The position numbers and the translations under genes were made by a program. From an uncultured Acidobacteriota bacterium (GTDB lineage: Bacteria; Acidobacteriota; Thermoanaerobaculia; UBA5066), in contig CAVZYA010000003.1 of assembly GCA_963779415.1 (NCBI GenBank), positions 128,001 through 192,000 of the forward strand: a stretch of DNA of 64,000 nucleotides, given 5' to 3'. The notes beneath the pieces are model-generated. The model was given only the letters and a program-made list of their open reading frames with translations. It had not been told where the DNA came from and searched no databases. Positions 10,330-19,505 of the stretch are shown in pieces; within the stretch, counting starts at the first letter, position 1; every line of letters begins with the position of its first letter.

Positions 10330-10830
10330 TTATCGCGCGGAGGAGGGAGTCGCCGGCGCGGGCACGGCAGGCGGCGTCCCTCCTTCGCCCGGGACCGGGG
10401 TGAGCGGGATGATCTGCGGGACGATCTCGCGGCGCGGGCGCGGTGGCGGAGTCACTTCGAGAGGTCCCGGGTGGAGGCGAATGGAGCGGGCCGGGACGAA
10501 GGCCAGGGGCGTCCCGTCACTCCGGATCCCGTAGAAGCCGGGCTCGACGAGAACGACCTCCACGGCCGCCCCCTCCTCCAGCGTCCCGGCGACCGGCGCT
10601 CCGTAGTCGGGCGCGAGGAGGATCGGGCAGCGCTCGGTCGCGACTCCGGGAGCCGCGGGATTCTTCGAGGCCGCTTCGGCCCGCTTCGCGAGCGCGGCAC
10701 GCGCCGACGAGACGTCGAGAAGAGCGGGTGTGGCGCGGGACGCCGGGGCCGCCGGCCGCGAGCGCGAGCAGGCCGCCGCCGCGAGAGCCGCCGCCGCGAA
10801 GAGAACCCGCCGGAACCCCGCTCTCGTCAT
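10330..10830 (-). CDS. Putative lipoprotein with SH3-like domain and Pro-rich tail
   Basis: Signal peptide ending AAAC; APDYGAPVAGTLEEGAAVEV...GFYGI...AFVP resembles SH3b. Confidence 0.55.
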   Translation of the reverse strand: MTRAGFRRVLFAAAALAAAACSRSRPAAPASRATPALLDVSSARAALAKRAEAASKNPAAPGVATERCPILLAPDYGAPVAGTLEEGAAVEVVLVEPGFYGIRSDGTPLAFVPARSIRLHPGPLEVTPPPRPRREIVPQIIPLTPVPGEGGTPPAVPAPATPSSAR

Positions 10831-10837
10831 GCCGTCC

Positions 10838-12121
10838 TCAGACCTCGTCGCGCACGAGCGGCATCGTCATGCAGCGCGGGCCTCCGCGCGCCCTGTCCAG
10901 CTCCGTCGAGGAGAGCTGGATCGCGATCTTCCGCCGCCGCTTCCGGTCGAGCTCCGTCCGGCCGAGGAGGAGGTCGTCGTCCCTCACGATTTCCCACCCG
11001 ACGGCAGAGAGCGCCTCGGCCGTCCGCGCGTTCCGCTCGTAGCAGAGGATGACCCCGGGCGCGAGGGCGAACGCGTTCGCGCCGTCGGTCCACTGCTCGC
11101 GCTGCTGGTCGATCGGGTCGCCGCCGCCGCAGGGGATCGGGGCGAGGTCGAGCTTGCGGGAGCGGAGGACCGAGAGGAGATCGTCACCGGCCGTCCAGAC
11201 CACCTCGCGCCGGGTCAGGTCCGCCTCGTAGACGTCGGCCTCCTCGGCTCCCCCCGGCAGGATCATCGGGGCGTAGCAGAGCGCCTCTCCGGCAGAGACC
11301 ATCGTGAAGACGGTGTCGAGGTGCATGAAGGAGCGCGCCGGGGGAATCCCGACGACGACGAGACGCCGCACGGGCGAGCGGGCGCGGCGGAGCGCCTCGG
11401 CGAGGCGTTCGATCGTCGTCTTCTCCGTCCGCTCCGAGTAGCCGATCGCGAGGAGGTCCTCGCGAAGGACGAGGACGTCCCCTCCTTCGAGCGTCGGACG
11501 CATCCGGGCCCACGAGACGTCCGCCGGACGCGGCGGCGGGAACTCCTGGAACCAGAAGATCCCTCCCTCCCGTGCGAAGCGCGGGTGATGCGCGAAGACG
11601 GCTCCGGAGAGAAGCGGCTCGCGGAGCCGTGCGGGTGTCGCCATGGCGGCCCGGATGACGCGGTCGGAGACGACGACGGCCGGGTCACGCTGGAAGAACC
11701 AGTTCGGCACCGGAGGGAGGAGGAAGAGCGACTCGATCGAGCTCGAGATGACCGGGTTCTCCCGGGGAAGCCCCTCGACGAGCGCCGCGGCGAGCTCCGC
11801 GGGGGGCAGGGCGGCCAGCCGTTCCGTGAGCGAAGGGTCGAATCCGAGGTCCTGCGAGAGCTCGCCGAGCACGGCCCTCCGCGCGTCCCCGTCCGAAAGG
11901 ACCTCCTCGAGCAGGTCGCGCACTTCGAGCACCTCGTCCGCCACGAGCGCGAGGAGCCGCTGGAAGCGCCGGTGCTCCTCACGCGCCCGGGCCCCGAATA
12001 GGATGTCGTCGAAGAGAAGGTCGCGCATCATCGCCGGGACCATCCGGTCGATCTCCCGTCCCGGCAGGTGGACGAGGACCGAACGGAGTCTCCCGATCTC
12101 GGAGGTGACGGAAAGCGTCAT
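10838..12121 (-). CDS. arcA: Arginine deiminase
   Basis: SEIGRLRSVLVH, LLFDDIL, PNWFFQRD, LEGGD, MHLDTV, RGGPRCMTMPL. Confidence 0.93.
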   Translation of the reverse strand: MTLSVTSEIGRLRSVLVHLPGREIDRMVPAMMRDLLFDDILFGARAREEHRRFQRLLALVADEVLEVRDLLEEVLSDGDARRAVLGELSQDLGFDPSLTERLAALPPAELAAALVEGLPRENPVISSSIESLFLLPPVPNWFFQRDPAVVVSDRVIRAAMATPARLREPLLSGAVFAHHPRFAREGGIFWFQEFPPPRPADVSWARMRPTLEGGDVLVLREDLLAIGYSERTEKTTIERLAEALRRARSPVRRLVVVGIPPARSFMHLDTVFTMVSAGEALCYAPMILPGGAEEADVYEADLTRREVVWTAGDDLLSVLRSRKLDLAPIPCGGGDPIDQQREQWTDGANAFALAPGVILCYERNARTAEALSAVGWEIVRDDDLLLGRTELDRKRRRKIAIQLSSTELDRARGGPRCMTMPLVRDEV

Positions 12122-12207
12122 CGTGGGCGCGCCGATCCCGGGCGGCGGGGTCATCCTAGCAGGGGAACGGTGCTAACCTGACCGCGAATCGAGGAGGATC
12201 AGGCGTC

Positions 12208-12384
12208 GTGGAGCGGCCAAAGAACTCCGGCGAGGTCGACTTCATCGAGTGCAAGGAATGCGATTCTCCCTGCTACAACTTCCAGATCGACCTGCGGCGC
12301 GGCGTGATCGTCCAGGCTCTCTGCAACGTCTGCGGCAACGACGACCCGACCGAGTTCAAGATCCCCGACGAGTCGGAGGCATGA
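12208..12384 (+). CDS. 58-aa acidic Zn-ribbon-like small protein (absent from the ORF track)
   Basis: MERPKNSGEVDFIECKECDSPCYNFQIDLRRGVIVQALCNVCGNDDPTEFKIPDESEA*; GAGGAGG at 12191-12197; TGcTAACCT upstream; GC-rich third codon positions; stops 7 nt before purB. Confidence 0.8.
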   Translation: MERPKNSGEVDFIECKECDSPCYNFQIDLRRGVIVQALCNVCGNDDPTEFKIPDESEA

Positions 12385-12391
12385 CCCCGCC

Positions 12392-13849
12392 ATGACGACG
12401 CCCGTCTCCCCCGCCGACCGGTACGAGAACCCCCTCAGCGTCCGCTATGCCTCGGCGGAGATGTCGACCCTCTTCTCGGCGCGTTCCAAGTTCGCCACGT
12501 GGCGGCGGCTCTGGCTCTGGCTGGCCGAGTCCGAGAAGGAGCTGGGCCTTCCGATCCCCGACGCCGCGCTCGTGCAGCTCCGCGAGCACCTCGTTCCCGG
12601 CGATGCGGAGCTTTCGGCGGCGGACCGATACGAGCGCGACACGAAACACGACGTCATGGCGCATCTCCACGCGCTCGGCGACGTCGCGCCCGCCGCGAAG
12701 GGAGTCCTCCACCTCGGGGCCACCTCCGCGTTCGTCGGCGACAACGCCGACCTCCTTCTCCTTCGCGAGGCCCTGCGCCTCCTCGCGCGGCGGACCGTCC
12801 GCGTCATGGGGCAGCTCGCGGCCTTCGCCCGGAAGTGGCGCGACCTCCCCTGCCTCGGCTTCACGCACTTTCAGGCCGCGCAGCCGACGACCGTCGGCAA
12901 GCGCGCCTGCCTCTGGCTTCAGGACCTCTCTCTCGACCACCGCGAGCTGACGCGCCGCGCCGAGGAGCTGCGCTTTCTCGGCTGCAAGGGGGCGACCGGG
13001 ACGCAGGCCTCGTTCGTCGCCCTCTTCGACGGCGACGTGGACAAGGCCGACCGTCTCGACAAGCTCGTCGCCGAAAAGGCCGGCTTCCCTGGGCGGCTCC
13101 TCGTCTCCGGACAGACCTACACCCGCAAGCAGGACGCCCTGATCCTCTCCGCCCTCGCGGGGCTCGGGGCCTCCGGCTCGAAATTCGGAAACGACCTCCG
13201 GCTCCTCCAGCACCTGAAGGAGGTCGAGGAGCCGTTCGGCGCCCGGCAGGTCGGCTCGTCGGCGATGCCCTACAAGCGGAACCCGATGAAGGCCGAGCGG
13301 ATCAACGCCCTCGCGCGCTGGCTCCTCGTCACGGCCCAGAGCGGCGACTGGACTCTCGCCACGCAGTGGTTCGAACGGACGCTCGACGACTCGGCGAACC
13401 GCCGCCTCGCCCTCCCCGAGTCCTTCCTCGCCGCCGACTCGATCCTTCTTCTGTGGGAGGCGGTCGCTTCGGGGCTCGTCGTCCACGAGAGCGTCGTCCG
13501 GCGCCGCCTCGACCTGGAGCTTCCCTTTCTCGCGACGGAGAACATCCTGATGGCGGCCGTCCGGAAGGGGGGCGACCGGCAGAAGGTCCACGAGCGGATT
13601 CGCGTCGCCTCGCAGGCCGCGGGCGACCGGCTGAAGGACCTGGGGGGACCGAACGACCTCCTCGAGAGAATCGCCGAAGACCCCGGGATCGGCCTCACGC
13701 CCGCGGAGATCGCCGCCGCGGCCGATCCCGCGCGCTTCATCGGGCGCGCTCCGGAGCAGGTGGACGAGTTCCTCGCCGCCGAGATCGACCCGATCCTCGC
13801 CGAGAACGCGGAGATCCTCCGGGGAGACGCCGCGGAGGTCCCGGTCTGA
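12392..13849 (+). CDS. purB: Adenylosuccinate lyase
   Basis: YENPLSVRYAS, HDVMAH, GATSAFVGDN, THFQAAQPTT, GSSAMPYKRNP. Confidence 0.96.
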   Translation: MTTPVSPADRYENPLSVRYASAEMSTLFSARSKFATWRRLWLWLAESEKELGLPIPDAALVQLREHLVPGDAELSAADRYERDTKHDVMAHLHALGDVAPAAKGVLHLGATSAFVGDNADLLLLREALRLLARRTVRVMGQLAAFARKWRDLPCLGFTHFQAAQPTTVGKRACLWLQDLSLDHRELTRRAEELRFLGCKGATGTQASFVALFDGDVDKADRLDKLVAEKAGFPGRLLVSGQTYTRKQDALILSALAGLGASGSKFGNDLRLLQHLKEVEEPFGARQVGSSAMPYKRNPMKAERINALARWLLVTAQSGDWTLATQWFERTLDDSANRRLALPESFLAADSILLLWEAVASGLVVHESVVRRRLDLELPFLATENILMAAVRKGGDRQKVHERIRVASQAAGDRLKDLGGPNDLLERIAEDPGIGLTPAEIAAAADPARFIGRAPEQVDEFLAAEIDPILAENAEILRGDAAEVPV

Positions 13850-14544
13850 AGAACGGGCGGGCCGCTCTCGGAGCCCTCGCCATGGCTCTCGCCTTCGGAA
13901 CGGGGTGCCGAAGCCGGCAAAGACCGGTCGTCACGCCACCGGTCACCCCCCCGCCCGCCCCTTCCGCCGGCGCCACCGAGCGCGGCCTCGCCTCGTGGTA
14001 CGGCGCCGAGTTCGCCGGCCTTCCCACGGCCAGCGGCGAGATCTTCCGTCCGGAGAGGATCTCCGCGGCTCATCGAACCCTTCCCCTCGGGACCGTCGTC
14101 GACGTCCGGAACGAGGCGAACGGGAAGACGGTACGAGCCACGATCAACGACCGGGGCCCCTTCATCGCCGGCCGGATCCTCGACCTCTCCCGGGCGGCGG
14201 CGACCGCCCTCGACTCCGTCTCCGCGGGCGTCGTCCCGGTCACGCTGACCGTCGTCGCGGTCGGGACGAACGCCCGGATCCGCGCCGCGACCGGCGACGA
14301 CATCGCGCGGGCCGCTGGAGCGCCGCCGGCCTGGGCCGTTCAGGCCGGGGCCTTCGCCGACGCGGAGAACGCCCGGCGCCTCCGCGAGCGGCTCGCGGCG
14401 CGCTATCCCTCTCCCTGGGTCGAGGACTTCCAGGGTCTCCGTCGCGTGAAGTTCGGCCCCTATGCCACGCGGGGTGAGGCCGAGGCGGCCGCCGGGACGC
14501 TCGGAGAGATGGGCCTCGCCGGAATCGTGGTGGCCGCGCGATGA
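13846..14544 (+). CDS. rlpA: Septal ring lytic transglycosylase RlpA family lipoprotein (DPBB + SPOR); start uncertain (13846-13882)
   Basis: GLASWYG, TASGE, AAHRTLP, INDRGPF, ILDLS; SPOR VQAGAF...NA; lipobox GTGC. Confidence 0.9.
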   Translation: MKNGRAALGALAMALAFGTGCRSRQRPVVTPPVTPPPAPSAGATERGLASWYGAEFAGLPTASGEIFRPERISAAHRTLPLGTVVDVRNEANGKTVRATINDRGPFIAGRILDLSRAAATALDSVSAGVVPVTLTVVAVGTNARIRAATGDDIARAAGAPPAWAVQAGAFADAENARRLRERLAARYPSPWVEDFQGLRRVKFGPYATRGEAEAAAGTLGEMGLAGIVVAAR

Positions 14545-15611
14545 GACGCCTTCTCGCCCGCACCCTCTCCGCGCTCGGCTCCACGCTCGTCGTCGTCCTG
14601 ATCACCGTGGTCCTCGCCGAGGCGGCGCTCGCCGCGATCCGGCACGTCCCCTTCCTCTTCCGGTTCCCGCCCCTCACGCCGCTCGCCCGCGAGCTCTATT
14701 TCGTCGACCGCGCGATGGTCCAGCTCCTCCCCGACTGCGCGCGGTGGGATCCCGACCTCGGCTACACCCTCCGCCCGGGGCGCTGCACCTTCGCGAACAC
14801 GGAATACCGGACGACGCTCCTCGTGAACCGGTTCGGCGTGCGCGACAGCGAGGCGGCGCTCCAGGCGCCCGAGGTCGTCGTCCTCGGCGATTCCTTCGCC
14901 CTCGGATGGGGCGTCTCGGGAGAGGAGACGTTCGCCTCCCGCCTCGGGAAGATGACCGGCCTCAGAATCCTGAACACGGGCGTCGCCTCTTACGGAACGG
15001 TGCGGGAGCTTCGGCTCCTCGCGAAGGTCGACCGGTCGCGCCTCACGACCATCGTCTGGCAGTTCTGCAACAACGACTACGTGGAGAACGCCGCCTACGC
15101 GAAGGACGGGAACCGCCTCGCGACGCTCCCGGAGGCGGAGTACGACGGCTGGGTCCGGCTCCATGAGCGGGACCGCCGCTACTTTCCGGGGCGTTATCTT
15201 CTGGCGGCTCTCACGGCGCGTTATCGCGCGCTGACCCGGGCCCCCGTCGCCGATCCATCGAACCCGGACCCCGACGATCCGGCCGTCCGGCGGAACCAGG
15301 TCGCGTACTTCCTCAACGCGCTCGAGACCTCGCCAGTGAACCTCTCCCCCTACCGGATCGTCCTCTTCGAGCTGAACGGCCGGAACGAGCACGCTGACTG
15401 GTTCCTCCCGATGCTGCACGAGGAGATCCGGCATGGCGCCCACCCGGACTGGGTCCGGCGGCTCGTCCTCGTCGACGTCGCGGCACGGCTCCGCCCCTCG
15501 GATTTCTACGTCCTCGACGACCACCTCACCCCGGAAGGACAGAAGAAGGTTGCCGAGATCCTCCTCGCGTACGTCGGGCGCCCGGCTTCCGCGGCCGGAA
15601 AGGCGCCATGA
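14541..15611 (+). CDS. Membrane-anchored SGNH/GDSL hydrolase-like protein
   Basis: N-terminal TM helix, NRFGVRD, LGDSFALG, NTGVASYG, CNND, DDHL. Confidence 0.8.
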   Translation: MRRLLARTLSALGSTLVVVLITVVLAEAALAAIRHVPFLFRFPPLTPLARELYFVDRAMVQLLPDCARWDPDLGYTLRPGRCTFANTEYRTTLLVNRFGVRDSEAALQAPEVVVLGDSFALGWGVSGEETFASRLGKMTGLRILNTGVASYGTVRELRLLAKVDRSRLTTIVWQFCNNDYVENAAYAKDGNRLATLPEAEYDGWVRLHERDRRYFPGRYLLAALTARYRALTRAPVADPSNPDPDDPAVRRNQVAYFLNALETSPVNLSPYRIVLFELNGRNEHADWFLPMLHEEIRHGAHPDWVRRLVLVDVAARLRPSDFYVLDDHLTPEGQKKVAEILLAYVGRPASAAGKAP

Positions 15612-16243
15612 ACGGCGAAGCGGCGCCGCCCTCCTTCAAGGCCTGGACCTTCCGGGACGTCGTCGACGTCGACTTTCCGGCGTTCGCCCTCCGGACGTAC
15701 CTCGAGCAGGCCGGCGTCCGCCGCTTTCTCGCGGCCGCGGCCGGCGGCCGCCGCCTTCCCGCCGCCGCCGAGATCGGATGCGGCTACGGGCGGCTCCTGC
15801 CGGTTCTCGGCGAGTTCGCCGACCGGGTCGCCGGCTTCGAGCGTCAGCCGGAGTTCGCCGCCGAAGCGGCCCGGCTCCACCCGGCCGCCGGGATCTCCCG
15901 CATCTCGACGCTCGAGAACCTTCCGGCGCGCGACGGCGCGTTCGACGCCGTCCTGACCTTTACCGTCCTCCAGCACCTCGTCGACCCGGTCGCGGTGCGG
16001 GTCGCCACCGAGATCCGGAGGATTCTCGCTCCCTTCGGTCACGTCCTCATCTGCGAGGAGACGGACCCCGGACACCTCTCGGGCGACACCTCCGACCCGG
16101 ACGGGATGTGCACGGTCGGCCGGAGCGCCGGGACGTACGCCCGCCTCTTCGCGCCCCTTCGGCTTCTCGCCTCGGCCCCCCGTGTCGTCGAGCCGACCTA
16201 TCCGCGTCCCGACGTCGGGACGTTCCTCCTCTTCGGGCCATGA
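15608..16243 (+). CDS. Class I SAM-dependent methyltransferase
   Basis: EIGCGYGR, FDAVLTFTVLQHL, RILAPFG. Confidence 0.85.
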   Translation: MNGEAAPPSFKAWTFRDVVDVDFPAFALRTYLEQAGVRRFLAAAAGGRRLPAAAEIGCGYGRLLPVLGEFADRVAGFERQPEFAAEAARLHPAAGISRISTLENLPARDGAFDAVLTFTVLQHLVDPVAVRVATEIRRILAPFGHVLICEETDPGHLSGDTSDPDGMCTVGRSAGTYARLFAPLRLLASAPRVVEPTYPRPDVGTFLLFGP

Positions 16244-17211
16244 CGGAGCTTCGCCATCCCCTCGCCGCGCTCGAGGAAGCGGCGGAGATCGTCCACCGGT
16301 TCGTGCCGCCGACGCCGCAGTTCGTCTGGCCGCTCCTCAATCGCCGCGTCGGCGCCGAGGTCTGGGTCAAGCACGAGAACCACACGGCCGTCGGTGCCTT
16401 CAAGGTGCGCGGCGGCCTCGTCTACTTCGACGCGCTCCGGAAACGGCACCCTCGCCTCCTGGGGACGATCGCCGCGACGCGCGGCAACCACGGCCAGTCG
16501 GTGGCGTTCGCGGCGGCGCGCGCCGGCCTCCCGGCGACGATCGTCGTGCCGCTCGGGAACTCGCCGGAGAAGAACGCGGCGATGCGCGCCCTCGGCGCGA
16601 CGCTGATCGAGCACGGACGCGACTTTCAGGCGGCGCTGGAACGATCGCGCGAGATCGCCGCGGAGCAGGGACTCCATCTCGTCCCGTCGTTCGCCCCCGA
16701 GCTGGTCCGGGGCGTCGCGTCGTACGCGCTCGAGCTCTTCCGCGCCGCCCCGCCGCTCGACCGCGTCTACGTCCCGATCGGCCTCGGCTCGGGGATCTGC
16801 GGCGTCCTCGCGGCCCGGGACGCCCTCGGCCTCGCGACGGAGGTCGTCGGTGTCTGTGCCGAAGGAGCCCCGGCCTACGCCCTCTCCTTCGCGGCAGGGC
16901 GCCCCGTCTCGACCGAAAGCGCCGACACGATGGCGGACGGAATGGCCTGCCGCGTCCCCGTCCCCGAGGCGCTGGAAGCGATCGTCGGCGGATCCGCGCG
17001 CGTCGTGACCGTCCCGGACGACGAGATTCGCACTGCCATGAGAGCCCTCTTCTCCGACACGCACAACGTCGCCGAGGGGGCGGGCGCGGCGCCGCTGGCT
17101 GCGGCCCTGAAGGAGCGGCCGGTGAACGCGGGAAGGCGGATCGCGGTCATCCTCTCGGGTGGGAACGTCGACCGTGACGTCTTCGCGAGCGTCCTCGCCG
17201 GGCAGGACTGA
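16240..17211 (+). CDS. PLP-dependent threonine/serine dehydratase family protein
   Basis: KHENHTAVGAFKVRGG, ATRGNHG, PIGLGSG, SGGNVD. Confidence 0.9.
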   Translation: MTELRHPLAALEEAAEIVHRFVPPTPQFVWPLLNRRVGAEVWVKHENHTAVGAFKVRGGLVYFDALRKRHPRLLGTIAATRGNHGQSVAFAAARAGLPATIVVPLGNSPEKNAAMRALGATLIEHGRDFQAALERSREIAAEQGLHLVPSFAPELVRGVASYALELFRAAPPLDRVYVPIGLGSGICGVLAARDALGLATEVVGVCAEGAPAYALSFAAGRPVSTESADTMADGMACRVPVPEALEAIVGGSARVVTVPDDEIRTAMRALFSDTHNVAEGAGAAPLAAALKERPVNAGRRIAVILSGGNVDRDVFASVLAGQD

Positions 17212-17223
17212 CCGCGTCCCCCG

Positions 17224-18403
17224 ATGAACCGCCGCCTCATCGCCACCCTCTCGGTCGGCCACCTCATGACGGACCTGAACCAGGGGATGCTCCCGGCTCT
17301 CCTCCCCTTCTTCATCGCCGAGCGCGGGCTGACCTTCGCGGCCGCCGGAGGGCTGGTGCTCGCCGCGAACGTCGCGGCCTCGGCGACCCAGCCGCTCTTC
17401 GGGTGGTTCGCGGACCGGCGGCCCGCCCGATGGCTCATCCCGGTCGGGATCGCCACCGCCGGCGCCGGCCTCGCCCTCGCCGGCGTCGCGCCACTTCTAC
17501 GGACTCATCGCCGCCGCGGTCGCCGTCATGGGGCTCGGCGCGTCCGCCTTCCACCCCGAGGCGACGCGATGGGCCAGCGCGGCGGCCGGCCCGCGCCGGG
17601 CGACGGGACTCAGCTTCTTCTCGATCGGCGGGAACCTCGGTATCGCGATCGGGCCGCTCGTCATCACGCCGCTCGTCCTCGCGTGGGGGCTCCGGGCCTC
17701 TCTGGCCCTCCTTCTCCCGATACTCCTCATGGCCGCCGTGCTGGCCTCCGAGCTTCGCCGGTTCGACTCGCCCGCCGCGGCTCGCCACGGTCCGCGCGCG
17801 ACTGGCTCGGAGAGCGCCTCGCCGGACCGGTGGGACCTTTTCGGCCGCCTCTCCATCACCATCATGACGCGCTCCGTGGTCTACGCGGCTCTCTCCACCT
17901 TCATTCCGATCTTCTGGGTCATCGTCCTCGGCCGGTCGAAGGCCGAGGGAGGCGTCGCGCTTTCCGTCGTCATGGGAGCCGGCGTCGCCGGCACGCTCCT
18001 CGGCGGCCGCCTCGCCGACCGGCACGGACGGCGCGTAGTCGTCCTCGTCGCGATGACGCTCCTTGCGCCGCTCCTCCTCGCCCTCGGGACTGCCAGCGAC
18101 GTCCGGCTCGCGGGCGCGCTTCTGATCCCGGTCGGAATCGCCCTCTACGTCCCTTTCAGCGTCGTCGTCGTCATGGCACAGGAGTACCTGCCGAACCGCG
18201 TTGGCACGGCGTCCGGAATGACGCTCGGCCTCGCCGTGACCGCCGGAGGCCTCGCCGCACCCTTCCTGGGGAAGCTCGCGGACCACCAGGGCCTCGCCGC
18301 TCCGCTCGTCGTGGCAGCCGTACTTCCCCTCCTCGGCGCGGCGGCCGCATGGACACTCCCCTCGGACCGGCCCTCCGTCACCGCCCGCGCAGCGGGCGGC
18401 TGA
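17224..18403 (+). CDS. MFS transporter, Fsr (fosmidomycin resistance)-like; frameshift near 17495
   Basis: HLMTDLNQG, QPLFGWFADR, AFHPEA, GGNLG, GGRLADRHG, AQEYLP. Confidence 0.85.
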
Positions 18404-19505
18404 AGGCGCTCCGGACGAGGCGCGCGAGAAGGTCCGGGAGTGGAAGGCCGCTCGCCTCCCACATCTTCGGGAACATCGAGATCGGCGTGAAGCCGGGGAG
18501 CGAGTTGATCTCGTTCACCAGGACCCGCCCGGAGGAGCGCTCTACGAAGAAATCGACGCGCGCGAAGCCTGCGCCGCCGAGGATGTCGAAGGCCGCGATC
18601 GCGAGGCTCCGCACCTCCTCGGCCGTGTCGGCCGGGAGATCCGCGGGAATGACGCTTTTCGACCGGTCGTCGATGTACTTGTCCTCGTAGTCGTAGAACT
18701 CGTGCCCCGGAATGATCTCGCCCGGGACCGACGCCTCGGTGGCGCCCCCCTCCTCCCCCTCGAGGACCGAGCACTCGATCTCGCGCCCGTCGATCCCCTC
18801 CTCCACGAGGGCGCGCTCGTCGATCGCGAGCGCCTCCTCGATCGCCTCCGGGATCTGGCCGTAGTCCTTCACCTTCGTCACGCCGACCGACGAGCCGGCG
18901 CACGACGGCTTGACGAAGAGCGGCAGCGGCATCGTCTCGAGCCGCGTCATGGCGAGGCTACGACGCCCGGGGCGCTTCCAGTCGTCGCGCGGGACGACCT
19001 GGTAGCGCGTCTGCGGAAGCCCGGCCGCGCCGAAGGCCGCCTTCATGAACGCCTTCTCCATGCCGACGGCCGACGCCGCCACGCCGAAGCCGACGAAGGG
19101 GATTCCGAACGACTCGAGGAGCCCCTGGACGACACCGTCCTCGCCGAATGTCCCGTGAACCATCGGGAAGACGACGTCGGGTCTGGCCTTTTCGTACGTC
19201 TCGAGGAAGGACGCCACGATCCGGGAGGCCTCCGCGCGCGGACTCCCCGGCTTGACTCCGTCGAGAAGGAGATCGCGCGGCGGGCGCGCCATCTGGCGGC
19301 GCATCTCCGCCGCCGACTCCTCGGGCCCCCACCAGAGCCCGTCCTTTCCGATGAAGAGAGGCACCGGCTCGTACTCCTCCCGGGGGAGGTTCTCGAGGAG
19401 GCAGTGCGCCGAGACGAAGGAGACTCCGTGCTCGCGGGACGGGCCGCCGAAGAGAACCGCCACGCGTTTCGTGTTTCCCGGTCTGGTCCTGATTTTCACG
19501 GTCAC
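18378..19505 (-). CDS. ddl: D-alanine--D-alanine ligase
   Basis: LFGGPSREHGVS, HGTFGEDG, FVKP..GSSVG, FYDYEDKY, NEINSLPGFT. Confidence 0.96.
   Translation of the reverse strand: MTVKIRTRPGNTKRVAVLFGGPSREHGVSFVSAHCLLENLPREEYEPVPLFIGKDGLWWGPEESAAEMRRQMARPPRDLLLDGVKPGSPRAEASRIVASFLETYEKARPDVVFPMVHGTFGEDGVVQGLLESFGIPFVGFGVAASAVGMEKAFMKAAFGAAGLPQTRYQVVPRDDWKRPGRRSLAMTRLETMPLPLFVKPSCAGSSVGVTKVKDYGQIPEAIEEALAIDERALVEEGIDGREIECSVLEGEEGGATEASVPGEIIPGHEFYDYEDKYIDDRSKSVIPADLPADTAEEVRSLAIAAFDILGGAGFARVDFFVERSSGRVLVNEINSLPGFTPISMFPKMWEASGLPLPDLLARLVRSAFSRPLRGR

Noticed and set aside
17224-18403. Fsr-like MFS as fosmidomycin self-resistance linked to ispDF
   Set aside because: The family is widespread, lies 15 kb from ispDF, and no phosphonate biosynthesis genes are present.
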